From Draconibacterium orientale (GTDB taxonomy: Bacteria; Bacteroidota; Bacteroidia; Bacteroidales; DYQJ01): a stretch of 46,736 bases of DNA. Below, one piece after another: positions 18,653 through 28,060 of the stretch. A program made the translations under genes and the position numbers. The notes beneath the pieces were generated by a model. It had not been told where the DNA came from, did not search any database, and worked only from the letters and a program-made list of their open reading frames with translations. Each line of letters opens with the position of its first letter. The stretch's first letter is position 1. The DNA lies in NCBI GenBank assembly GCA_020719345.1, contig DYQJ01000002.1:1-46736 (forward strand). Reading direction: 5' to 3'.

Positions 18653-18735
18653 ACGGCTCTAAAAACGCTGTCCTTACTGACTACGAAAAATCACAGTATC
18701 GGAAAGAAAAGAGAAACAAGCCGTAGTTAATTGTT

Positions 18736-19116
18736 TCAAATGGGTGCGTTCCTTTGCCATAGCAATTTTTTATTTTTTAGATAGCTATTTCGCATTGGAG
18801 TTGCCGTCATCACCAAATAATATTCTCCATCATATTTATAAGTTAGTTCTACTACCGCAATATTACTTTTATGTTCATCTTCCACGATTAAAAATATAGA
18901 GTTGTTTTTTCCTTGCCTAATAACATTAAAATTTATTGTGATAATTTTAATATAATCTAATGGATTTAAACCTAATGCCTCTAACTCTTTACTATGTTTT
19001 TTATCAACATGAGTAATACTTTTTTCATTTGCAATAATTTTATCTGGCTTGTTTCTTATTATTTCCGCAATTTCTTGCGTAATTTCACCAACCACATCAA
19101 ATTCTTTATTTTCCAT
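18736..19116 (-). CDS. Small H-x-KH protein paralogue 3 (divergent member of the same family)
   Basis: Starts MENKEFD at 19116 behind the same leader (aattaaaaatgataaaATGgaaaa) and a -7 box (rc of 19138-19145). THVDKKHSKELEALGLNPLDYIKII aligns with KHIYEKHGHEIKELGFDIEYFIPIV. TATPMR aligns with LSAFDLR. Confidence 0.6.
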   Translation of the reverse strand: MENKEFDVVGEITQEIAEIIRNKPDKIIANEKSITHVDKKHSKELEALGLNPLDYIKIITINFNVIRQGKNNSIFLIVEDEHKSNIAVVELTYKYDGEYYLVMTATPMRNSYLKNKKLLWQRNAPI

Positions 19117-19153
19117 TTTATCATTTTTAATTCTCGGCAAAGATATTTTTCAT

Positions 19154-20173
19154 TCATGGCTTTCGCATATTACAAGTTTTACATAATGTTTTTTGTTTGT
19201 AATTTTTCACTAAATCAATGTAAACAGAACTATTTAAAATAGATGTAAGTGATTGATTTTGAATGTTTCCAAAAAGTCCTAATGTTTTTCGTAAATTGTC
19301 GGGGGCGCAGCAAGGTGAAATATCTCCTGTTGCAGAAATCCACAATTCACGAGTTAAAAACGGACACTCGTAATTTTCCTGTATTTCTTTATTTTCATTA
19401 AGCTGTAAACGAAAAAAGTTTTCTAAAATTACTTTTTTGCCGTTTTTTCGTTTGAATTTTTCTGCCGAATTTTTTGCTGTTTCAACTATCGTATTCCATT
19501 GATTAATAGTTTGTTCTGTTTTTTTAAAAGATAATTCTTCCAATTCTTTGTAATGTGTCCAAACATGATGTCCTTTTATTCTGTCAATATCCAAATCTGC
19601 GGCTAATTGTATTATGTCGCTGATTTGGTGCATATTGCTTTGTAAATAAGTAATTTGAAAAGTTAAAGTGCAATAATTTCCGCTTTGCTCAAAAATTGAA
19701 TTTCTTATTTTTGAAAATGTTTTGATATTTTCAATTTGTTTGTTGAAATTCAAACCTTGCATAATACCTTCGGCTGTTTTTTCTGTTGCTCCGTTTAGCG
19801 AAAATTTAATATCTTTTGTAACGGGAATTATTAAATTAGCCCATTGGTCTGCTGTTTTTCGCGGAGAAGTTCCGTTTGTTGTCAAATTAAGTTTGATATT
19901 GTATTTTTTGCACAATTCCAAAAAAGTTTCAAAATGTTCGTAAAGCAATGGCTCTCCCATTGTAGTTGGAATAATTTCCTGAATATTCAATTCTTTTGCT
20001 TGCGTAAAAATATTTTCTAACCACTCTTTTGGCATTAAACGTTGTTTAAGTCCCGTTTCACGAAACAAATTTTCTTTAAAATTGCTTAAAAGACTGTGTT
20101 CTTCGCACATAATACAATGCAAATTGCATAATTCGGGATTAGTATCAACGGTTATTCTAAACAAAGATTTCAT
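19154..20173 (-). CDS. Radical SAM enzyme with C-terminal SPASM/twitch-like Cys cluster
   Basis: CNLHCIMC is a CX3CX2C motif. The C-terminal CPFLTRELWISATGDISPCC matches Cx12Gx4C, followed by CKTC. It overlaps the upstream glycosyltransferase gene by 17 nt. Confidence 0.8.
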   Translation of the reverse strand: MKSLFRITVDTNPELCNLHCIMCEEHSLLSNFKENLFRETGLKQRLMPKEWLENIFTQAKELNIQEIIPTTMGEPLLYEHFETFLELCKKYNIKLNLTTNGTSPRKTADQWANLIIPVTKDIKFSLNGATEKTAEGIMQGLNFNKQIENIKTFSKIRNSIFEQSGNYCTLTFQITYLQSNMHQISDIIQLAADLDIDRIKGHHVWTHYKELEELSFKKTEQTINQWNTIVETAKNSAEKFKRKNGKKVILENFFRLQLNENKEIQENYECPFLTRELWISATGDISPCCAPDNLRKTLGLFGNIQNQSLTSILNSSVYIDLVKNYKQKTLCKTCNMRKP

Positions 20174-21452
20174 TTTTCGGTATCAGTTTTTTGTAAATTA
20201 ATATTAATTCCTTACAATGTTCCAGAATATTTGGAACTTCTCCGTTTTCGGAATATAAATAACCGCGAGTACCTAACTGTTTCATTACTTGCGGATTTAG
20301 TATTGCAAATTTCATTTTTTCAGATAAATCATCTGGGTTTCTATGCTCAAATAATAAACCGTTTTCATTGTGATTAACATATTCTTTCATTCCACCAAAA
20401 TTGGAAGTAATAACGGGAATTTTACACGCTTGCGCTTCGTGGATAACCAGAGGCGAATTTTCTCCCCAAATTGAAGGCACAACAATAGCATCAATATTTG
20501 AAAAAACGTCTGACGCCAAATTATGATTAATATATTCTCCAACAAATTCAACTTTGTTTTTATATTTTGTTACTAATTTTTTCAAATATTGTGTGTATTG
20601 ATTTTCTCTTCCCCAGATTTTTAAAGTGGCTTTTTCATTTATTTTAGAAAATGCGGTAATCAATAAATCTAAACCTTTTGCAGGAATGTGAGTTCCAATG
20701 TAACCAAAAGTAAATATTTCGTTTCTTTTTTGTGAAACAGGTGTCAAATAGTGCAGCGGAAATCCGTAATCAAGATAGACGATTTTTGATTTAGGAACAT
20801 TAAAATCATTTATAAATCTGTTCATTAAGTATTTTGAAGGCGCAATAAACAAATCAACTTTTTCAATTATAGATTTTGTTTGATTCATGCGAGAATTTAT
20901 CCACGAAGTCCAATAGTCCATATCTCTCTCATAATCATCTTTTTGTCCTGAGAAATAGCGGTTATAACAATTTTCGGCACATTTTCTGTTTTCCTGCAAA
21001 TCACAAAGTTGATGAAAATTTTGATTGCCGAAATTGACTTGTAAAAATTGTCCGCGTGGACACATCAGCCAAAAATCGTGTAGCGTAAAAACAATAGGAA
21101 TATTTTGTTTCTTCAGTTCATCAATTATTCCGGTAGAAAGGTGGTTAAGATGCCCGATGTGAGCAACATCGGGTTTTGTATCTTGCAATAATTTTGCGAA
21201 ATTTTCATCTAATTTATGGTGTCTGTATCCGTCTTTTCCGCGTGGAATATTTACAAAATATAGCATTAAGCTTTCATTTTCTATTTGTTTACGAATTAAA
21301 AAATCAGGTTCGTAAATGTTTTCTTCTCTTGTAAAAATAATTATTTCGTGTTGCTTTGCCAATTCATTACAAATAGATTGACTGTACACTTCCGAACCTG
21401 CATTATAATTTGGCGGATATCCGTGAATTATTTTTAATATTTTAAGTTTCAT
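20157..21452 (-). CDS. Glycosyltransferase, GT4 (GT-B) family
   Basis: 431 aa. Begins ILKIIHGYPPNYNAGSEVY, and the C-terminal WGENSPLVIHEAQACKIPVITSNFGGMKEYV resembles the EX7E region. Confidence 0.8.
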   Translation of the reverse strand: MKLKILKIIHGYPPNYNAGSEVYSQSICNELAKQHEIIIFTREENIYEPDFLIRKQIENESLMLYFVNIPRGKDGYRHHKLDENFAKLLQDTKPDVAHIGHLNHLSTGIIDELKKQNIPIVFTLHDFWLMCPRGQFLQVNFGNQNFHQLCDLQENRKCAENCYNRYFSGQKDDYERDMDYWTSWINSRMNQTKSIIEKVDLFIAPSKYLMNRFINDFNVPKSKIVYLDYGFPLHYLTPVSQKRNEIFTFGYIGTHIPAKGLDLLITAFSKINEKATLKIWGRENQYTQYLKKLVTKYKNKVEFVGEYINHNLASDVFSNIDAIVVPSIWGENSPLVIHEAQACKIPVITSNFGGMKEYVNHNENGLLFEHRNPDDLSEKMKFAILNPQVMKQLGTRGYLYSENGEVPNILEHCKELILIYKKLIPKNEIFV

Positions 21453-21504
21453 CTTTATTTAAGTTTTTTCGGTTTTACTTTTTTGAGATGTTACAAAAAG
21501 ATAA

Positions 21505-22632
21505 TCAATTAGTATATAAAATATAGTTTTGATATATTTTAGCAATTCCTTCCTGCATGGTTATTTTAGGTTTCCAGCCGTATCCGTTAATTTTTTCTAC
21601 GTTAAGTAATTTTTGTGGTGTTCCATCTGGTTTGTTGGTATCCCATTCTATGTTACCTTCAAATCCGACAGTATTTTTTATCATTTCGGCGAGCTGCAAT
21701 ATGGTTAAATCTTTTCCGATTCCTATGTTTATATGAGTATTTTTAATTTCTGGAGTTGTCATCGGATAAGAATAATCAGTGATGTTATATTCTTTGAGTA
21801 ATATGTCCGTAAAATTTAAGTTCTTCATAATAAACACGCATGCATCTGCCAAGTCGTTAGCATGCAGAAATTCGCGTTTCGGAGTTCCAGTTCCCCATAG
21901 TTTTACTTCGGCAGTTTTATTAGTTCTAATTATTCCGTATTTATGTAAAATATCTAATATACAATTCATATCACTTTCGCCGGTTACTTTCTCTATGGGA
22001 TATTTGTTCAAATCTTGTCGTATTGTGTCCCAATTTTCATTCATTAAAGCTTTCGCAAGGTGCATTTTTCTTAGTATTGCGGGTAGTACGTGCGATTTTT
22101 CCAAGTCAAAATTATCATTATATCCGTACAAATTAGTAGGCATTACGGCGATGAAGTTTGTTCCGTATTGCAAATTGTAGCTTTCTACTGTTTTTATGCC
22201 GGCAATTTTAGCGATGGCATAAGGTTCATTGGTGTATTCTAATGTGTCGGTGAGTAAATATTCTTCTGCGATAGGTTGTTTGCAAAGTTTAGGATATATG
22301 CACGAGCTTCCTAAGAACAACAATTTTTTAACGTCATACTTATAAGCACAATGAATAATATTACTTTGAATCATAATATTTTCGTAAATAAACTGTGCGC
22401 GATAAGTATTATTTGCAACTATACCACCAACTTTAGCTGCTGCTAATACGACATATTCGGGTCGTTTGCTTTTAAAAAAGTCTTCTACTTGTGATTGGTT
22501 TATCAAGTCATATTCTGGATATGGAGTGTAAACTAAGTTGTTATATCCGTCTTCGTGTAATTTTCTTACAATAGCACTACCTACAAGTCCGGTGTTTCCG
22601 GCTACATAAATTTTAGATTTTTGTTCCATCAT
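21505..22632 (-). CDS. fcl: GDP-L-fucose synthase (GDP-4-keto-6-deoxymannose 3,5-epimerase/4-reductase)
   Basis: VAGNTGLVGSAI, AAAKVGGIVANNTY, LLFLGSSCIYPK, NEPYAIAKIAGIK, MPTNLYG and KPDGTPQKLL align along the length of E. coli Fcl. A ~40-aa insertion is present. Confidence 0.9.
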   Translation of the reverse strand: MMEQKSKIYVAGNTGLVGSAIVRKLHEDGYNNLVYTPYPEYDLINQSQVEDFFKSKRPEYVVLAAAKVGGIVANNTYRAQFIYENIMIQSNIIHCAYKYDVKKLLFLGSSCIYPKLCKQPIAEEYLLTDTLEYTNEPYAIAKIAGIKTVESYNLQYGTNFIAVMPTNLYGYNDNFDLEKSHVLPAILRKMHLAKALMNENWDTIRQDLNKYPIEKVTGESDMNCILDILHKYGIIRTNKTAEVKLWGTGTPKREFLHANDLADACVFIMKNLNFTDILLKEYNITDYSYPMTTPEIKNTHINIGIGKDLTILQLAEMIKNTVGFEGNIEWDTNKPDGTPQKLLNVEKINGYGWKPKITMQEGIAKIYQNYILYTN

Positions 22633-22642
22633 TATATTATTT

Positions 22643-25600
22643 TTACAGTTTTATACCTACAATAGTTATATCATCTCTTTGTTCTGAATTAGCTTGGAAT
22701 TTAATAAGTTCGTTATCTAATACTTCTTTTTGTGTGTTCATCTCAAGATGACAAATATTTTGCATTATTTGTATCATTCGTTTTTGCTTGAAGCTGTCTC
22801 TGTTAGGATTATTTTGGTCTGCATATCCGTCAGAGGTTAGATATATAATACTTTGTTTGAGAAGCGCAATTGTCGTGTTTTCAAATTTTTCGGTATTATA
22901 CGTTGATTGTCTTCCACCTGCGGATTTGCGAGTTCCGGATATTTTGTTTATTATCATATCTGTGGCATTTAGATAGAATAGCGGTCTCTTGGCGCCGCAA
23001 AAAGTGACATTATAAAGTTTGGGGTTTTCCTGTTCTATTCGGCACAAACAAATATCCATACCGTCATTGTTATGACTTTCTTCTTGATTCAGCGCTTTAA
23101 TAATATTTTTATTTAACATGTCCAAAATATCAGCTGGCGAATATATATTTCGTTCATTTACAATTTCATTTAGCAAACGGTTACCTATCATAGACATGAA
23201 TGCTCCTGGTACGCCATGCCCTGTGCAGTCGATGACTGCGATAAAATTATAGGTTGTTTTTTCGGTAGCGGTTTCCACATTTTTAGACGAAAACCAATAG
23301 AAGTCTCCACTAACTATGTCTTTAGGACGATATAATATAAAATTGTCATAAAATTTTTGGATCCATTTTTCTGAAGGTAAAATAGCTTGCTGTATAGTTT
23401 CTGCATAATTAATACTCTTTTTTATATTATCATTTTGAAATTCAATCTTCTTATTTTTTTCACGTATCTCCATCTCCGCTTCTTTGAGTTTAGAAATATC
23501 GGCATCTATACCTATAATTTTGATTATTTGAGAGTACTCGTCTAATATTGGGGTTAGTGTTGTCTGTACCCATATTTCTGTTTTCTGTTTTGAACAGAGC
23601 TTTTGTTCGAAAATAATAGTGTGCTTGGTATCAATAAGTTGGTCAAATATTTTAATCATATTAGTATTTTTAAAACTCTCTTTAATATTTGTGCCATATA
23701 CCGCAGTGTACTCGTCTATCTGATATCCGTACAGTCGTGTGAATCCTTCGTTTATCCACTCTATTTCGCCGGTGTTGTCAGTAATTATAATTGCATTGTC
23801 GGTTTCTGCGGCTACAATAGATAATTTTAGTAGTTCATCATTAATGGCTTTTAGTTCTTCTGCTTGTGCTTGAATTTCGTCTTTTTGTTGATTTAAGAGT
23901 TGGTTTTTTTGCATTATTTCCTGCGTTCTATCTACTACTTCTTGTTCAAGTTTTTGTTTTTGACGTTCTATTCTTTGCAGTCGCCATCTGAAAATGGATA
24001 ATACTAAAAAGATAATAAAAAAGAAGGACATTATTCGGAAGAGCCATGTTTCCCAGAATGGTGGATGTATAATAATAATCAACGATTTCCCTACTTCGTT
24101 CCATGTTCCGTCATTATTAGAGCCGCGGACTTTAAAGACATAACGTCCTGGGTCAATGTTAGTATAATACGCCAGACGATGCGAGGCACTTGCTTTTAGC
24201 CAATGTTTATTAAATCCTTCTAATTTGTATTCGTACTCGTTTTGCGAGGGATTGCTAAAATGAAGCGCCGAGAACTCGAAGGCAAAAATTTCATCGGTAT
24301 AAGATAATTCTATTTTGTCGGTTAAAATAATAGATTTTTCCAATTTCTCGCCTATTTTTACTTCTTCATTAAAAAGTTTAAAAGATGTGATGACAATCGG
24401 TGGCACAAAATCGTTATTTTCTATTTGTTCGGGGAAAAAAGCATTTAAGCCGTTAATACCACCGAAAAATAGTTCCCCTGTTTTGCTTTTACAACCGGCG
24501 CCCCAGAAAAACTCTTTACTTTGTAATCCATCATTTTCGTCGAAGATAGTGAAACGTTCTGCCTTGACATCTAATTTAGATATTCCTTTATTTGTGCTTG
24601 CCCATATATTTCCTTCCGAGTCGTCGTATAAACAATAAATAACATTATTAGAGAGTCCATCTGCTTCAGTATATGCAACAAAATTCGGGGTCTCTTTGGT
24701 AAAACTTAATTTGTTTATCCCTCCGCCAAAAGTTCCTATCCATATATTTTGTTGTTTGTCTATCAATAAAGAGATAATTCTGTTATCGCCAAGCGAATTA
24801 ATGTCGTCTTCTGTGTGTTTAAAAATTTCTACTTTTGTATCTGCTATATTTCCATTGTAATTTATTTTATTTAATCCCTGCCATGTTCCTACCCAAATAT
24901 TTCCTTGCGCATCTTCTTGTATAGCAGCTTGAATACTTGTGCTACTTAAAGTAACAATTTCACTAAAACGGATAAAGCTGTCCTTTTTTTTATCGTACAA
25001 ATTTAATCCTTTTGCTGTGCAAATCCAGAGATTTTTGCGAGTATCTTCATAAATAGCTTGAATCGTGTTGTCGGAGATAGTATTTTTGTCGGTCTCCGAA
25101 AATTTGTAATTGATAAAATAATCTATCTTAGTCAGTCCATTTCTTTCATTCTTTTTCTCCACAGCTCTATTTAATCCATGTTCCCATGTTCCTATCCACA
25201 AATTGCCGTAGCTGTCGCGAAGCATTGCGGTAGGAGTGTTAGAACTTATTGTTTTAGAATTATTTTTATTGTGAAGATATTTATCTGTTATTAAAGAGTT
25301 TCTGTCAAAATGTATTAATCCGCCCTCGACGAGTCCTAACCAAAGTGAGGCATCGGTATCTTCATACACTGCGCGAACTGTTTTATCAGGAATGCTGTTC
25401 GGATTTGAGATGCTATTTTGATATAACATGAACTTATTAGATTTTTTATCGTACTTGCTAAGTCCTCTTTCCCATGTACCTATCCAAATAATTCCGGCAT
25501 TGTCTTGAAAAATGCTTGAGATGTTGTCATGATTTATTCCCTTGGGATTTGAGGCGCTGTGCTTGAAGACATAAAAATTGTCGTCTTTGCGATTATAAAT

Positions 25601-26497
25601 ATTTAATCCGTTACTTGTTCCTATCCAGACATTGTTATCAGCATCAACAAAAATCTTTGTTACTATATTGAAGCTCAAGCTGTTGTTATCATTTTCTTTA
25701 TTGGCGTACTTTGTTATTTTCTCTTTAGTAGGTTCATATCTGTACAATCCAATTTTACTGCCTATCCATATTTCTCCATTTTTATCGGTAGTTATAGATA
25801 AGATAGCAGGAAAAGTGTTCTTTTCAAGATTAAAATAGGTTATCTTATTTGTTTTTAAGTTCAAAATATTTACTCCGCGTTCAGTTCCTATCCACAGATT
25901 ATTTTTTTTATCTAACATAAGTGCGTTCACTTTGTCGTTTGCAATAGTATTGCTGTCGTTTTGGTGTCTGAAGTGTGTAAAAATATTTTGTTTGACATTA
26001 AATTTATTTAGTCCATAGTTTTCTGTTCCGAGCCATAAATTACCGGTTTCATCTTCTAATATGCAACGGATGACATTGTCGGATAGCGAGTTCGTGTTTT
26101 CTGGGTCATGTTCGTAATGTGTAAAAAGTTCATTTTCTACATTATATCTGTTTAAGCCATCTCCATTTGTTCCTATCCATAGCGTATTGTCGCGGCAGAG
26201 ATAAATATCAAAAATTATATTTCCGGAGATTGAATTATTTGCGTTCTTCTCTTTTTTAAATATTGTAAAATCATATCCATCATATCTGTTCAGTCCATCG
26301 TGTGTTCCAAACCAGATGAAACCCAAGTTGTCTTGCACTATACTAAGAACCGAGCTTTGTGAGAGTCCATCATCTATAGAGATATGCTCAAAGCGTATAT
26401 TCTGTGATATAACGGGCTTAATAACAACAAATAACAATATTAGCAACAGCCAAATACCTAAATATCCGGGTCTAAGTTTTCTAATGGATAGGTTCAT
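22643..26497 (-). CDS. Sensor protein: periplasmic two-component-regulator beta-propeller repeats plus Y_Y_Y, TM, coiled coil, PAS and PP2C/SpoIIE phosphatase
   Basis: Many W(I/L)GT..GL repeats, then a TM (WLFRIMSFFFIIFLVLSIF). PAS (IIITDNTGEIEWINEGFTRLYGY) and a C-terminal SGDFYWF...DGYADQ...RDDITIVGIKL follow. The first ATG is at 26497, while the track ORF starts at a TTG at 26533. Confidence 0.85.
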   Translation of the reverse strand: MNLSIRKLRPGYLGIWLLLILLFVVIKPVISQNIRFEHISIDDGLSQSSVLSIVQDNLGFIWFGTHDGLNRYDGYDFTIFKKEKNANNSISGNIIFDIYLCRDNTLWIGTNGDGLNRYNVENELFTHYEHDPENTNSLSDNVIRCILEDETGNLWLGTENYGLNKFNVKQNIFTHFRHQNDSNTIANDKVNALMLDKKNNLWIGTERGVNILNLKTNKITYFNLEKNTFPAILSITTDKNGEIWIGSKIGLYRYEPTKEKITKYANKENDNNSLSFNIVTKIFVDADNNVWIGTSNGLNIYNRKDDNFYVFKHSASNPKGINHDNISSIFQDNAGIIWIGTWERGLSKYDKKSNKFMLYQNSISNPNSIPDKTVRAVYEDTDASLWLGLVEGGLIHFDRNSLITDKYLHNKNNSKTISSNTPTAMLRDSYGNLWIGTWEHGLNRAVEKKNERNGLTKIDYFINYKFSETDKNTISDNTIQAIYEDTRKNLWICTAKGLNLYDKKKDSFIRFSEIVTLSSTSIQAAIQEDAQGNIWVGTWQGLNKINYNGNIADTKVEIFKHTEDDINSLGDNRIISLLIDKQQNIWIGTFGGGINKLSFTKETPNFVAYTEADGLSNNVIYCLYDDSEGNIWASTNKGISKLDVKAERFTIFDENDGLQSKEFFWGAGCKSKTGELFFGGINGLNAFFPEQIENNDFVPPIVITSFKLFNEEVKIGEKLEKSIILTDKIELSYTDEIFAFEFSALHFSNPSQNEYEYKLEGFNKHWLKASASHRLAYYTNIDPGRYVFKVRGSNNDGTWNEVGKSLIIIIHPPFWETWLFRIMSFFFIIFLVLSIFRWRLQRIERQKQKLEQEVVDRTQEIMQKNQLLNQQKDEIQAQAEELKAINDELLKLSIVAAETDNAIIITDNTGEIEWINEGFTRLYGYQIDEYTAVYGTNIKESFKNTNMIKIFDQLIDTKHTIIFEQKLCSKQKTEIWVQTTLTPILDEYSQIIKIIGIDADISKLKEAEMEIREKNKKIEFQNDNIKKSINYAETIQQAILPSEKWIQKFYDNFILYRPKDIVSGDFYWFSSKNVETATEKTTYNFIAVIDCTGHGVPGAFMSMIGNRLLNEIVNERNIYSPADILDMLNKNIIKALNQEESHNNDGMDICLCRIEQENPKLYNVTFCGAKRPLFYLNATDMIINKISGTRKSAGGRQSTYNTEKFENTTIALLKQSIIYLTSDGYADQNNPNRDSFKQKRMIQIMQNICHLEMNTQKEVLDNELIKFQANSEQRDDITIVGIKL

Positions 26498-26629
26498 CTT
26501 ATTACTTTTGAAAGATAAAAAAAACAAACTCAAATATAACTTTTTTGTTTTAATAAAACAAATTTTAATAAAATTTTATATAAATTTGTTGATATTTTGT
26601 TTTTATTGTATATTTGTTGAAAAATTCTT

Positions 26630-27073
26630 ATGTTAGAGAACGCGAAAAATTATTTTGCCCCGATGCACACTGCCGAGCATATATTGAATCAAACGATGCA
26701 ACGCATGTTCAATTGTGAGAGGTCGTTTAATAATCACATAGAGAAGAAGAAATCTAAGTGTGATTATCATTTTGATAGACTGATAACCTCGCAGGAAATA
26801 GCCGAGTTGAGTAGTCGTGTCAATCAGACAATAGCGTTAAATCTGTCAGTGTCCGAAGAATTAATCAGTTATGACGAAGCTTCGGCGATATACGATTTAT
26901 CTAAATTGCAACAGTCGGACAATCAAACTATACGCGTCATCAAGATAGGAGACTATGACCGATGCGTATGCAGCGGGGAACATGTAACGAACACAAATGA
27001 AATAGGACTATTCACGATAACCTCTGTTACCTACGAAAATAATGTTTTACGAATACGGTTTAAACTTGCTTAA
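26630..27073 (+). CDS. alaX: AlaX-S type alanyl-tRNA editing protein (Thr/Ala-tRNA synthetase second additional domain)
   Basis: HTAEHIL and CVCSGEHV are the zinc-binding HxxxH / CxxxH motifs. A TAtaTTTG -7 box lies just upstream. Confidence 0.75.
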   Translation: MLENAKNYFAPMHTAEHILNQTMQRMFNCERSFNNHIEKKKSKCDYHFDRLITSQEIAELSSRVNQTIALNLSVSEELISYDEASAIYDLSKLQQSDNQTIRVIKIGDYDRCVCSGEHVTNTNEIGLFTITSVTYENNVLRIRFKLA

Positions 27074-27085
27074 AATTTAGTAGTT

Positions 27086-28060
27086 ATGCAAAAAGATTTT
27101 CATTATTATGCCATAAAAGTGCTTGCCGAAACAGCCGGTTTCTCGCCGGAGGAAGCACAAATTTTGGCGTATAGTTCACAATACGTAGATGAAGTAACGG
27201 ACTGCACATTAACTGTACGCCATATACGAGAGCAATATCCCGATTTTTTAAGAGACGTAGAGACGAATACTTATTTATGTACTGCTTACAAATCAACGAA
27301 TCCTAATACATGTTGCGAAATAGAAATGCAAAAAAATGTCTTGCTTCCATTTCATCTTCTTCCAGAAGTGATCGAACAAGGAATAAATTATATAACTAAA
27401 CCAGACGCTAAATTAGGACGCGAACTTGTGGAAATAGCGATAACAGAGCTCCATAACACAGGCGGCGAAATACGAACACAAAAATTAATCAAGCTTGGTA
27501 TAGCTTTGCACGCTTTTGCTGACAGCTGGGCACATCAAGGATTTGCCGGATACTGCGTAACCAACGAAAACGAAATATCTGAAAACGAAATACTGTATAA
27601 AAATGTATGGGAAAAATTATCCCCATTTCTTCAAAAAGAATTTGGCATAATAGAAGACTTTGCACATCCTACCGCTTTTAACATGCCCGACATCTCGCAT
27701 CTCAAGTGGAGGTACATAAAAAATAGCAATCAAAATAGTATTATCCGCGATAATACGGTCATCTTTATGCAGGCAGCCTTTAAAATTTTTGAACTCTTAA
27801 AAACTGTCACCGGTAAAAACGTAGATTGGGAAGAAGATGACTATAAATTCTTACAATGTTATAATCAAAAATTTTGCGACATCAACACAAAATGTGACTA
27901 TTATAAAAAGAAATTCCCGCATACAGAATTTTTTTACGACAGCCAGCAATGGACTAACGAAGCGAGAAGAGACGAAAATAAAAAACTCCTTTATTTTTTT
28001 ACTGAAGCTTTTTTACAAAGAAAATATGTGACTAACAAAATAACTTTATACACATGTTAA
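27086..28060 (+). CDS. Conserved hypothetical protein, possibly a metal-dependent hydrolase (His/Asp-rich motifs)
   Basis: 324 aa. Contains DFHYYAIKVLAETAGF and LHAFADSWAHQGF (HxxxDxxxH-like). Starts 12 nt after alaX and overlaps the next gene (ATGTTAA at 28054-28060). Confidence 0.5.
   Translation: MQKDFHYYAIKVLAETAGFSPEEAQILAYSSQYVDEVTDCTLTVRHIREQYPDFLRDVETNTYLCTAYKSTNPNTCCEIEMQKNVLLPFHLLPEVIEQGINYITKPDAKLGRELVEIAITELHNTGGEIRTQKLIKLGIALHAFADSWAHQGFAGYCVTNENEISENEILYKNVWEKLSPFLQKEFGIIEDFAHPTAFNMPDISHLKWRYIKNSNQNSIIRDNTVIFMQAAFKIFELLKTVTGKNVDWEEDDYKFLQCYNQKFCDINTKCDYYKKKFPHTEFFYDSQQWTNEARRDENKKLLYFFTEAFLQRKYVTNKITLYTC

Noticed and set aside
19154-20173. The radical SAM gene next to nuclease-like small genes could be a prokaryotic viperin (pVip) defence gene.
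   Set aside because: It has a C-terminal SPASM/twitch-type Cys cluster and overlaps a GT4 glycosyltransferase downstream of fcl. This fits glycan or maturase chemistry better than viperin-like enzymes, which lack that extension.
7949-22180. Long antisense ORFs appear inside large genes (for example 7949-8320, 10597-11091, 12714-13115, 21779-22180).
   Set aside because: They are shadow ORFs opposite well-supported genes with clear motifs. Their composition is typical of the antisense frame in AT-rich DNA.
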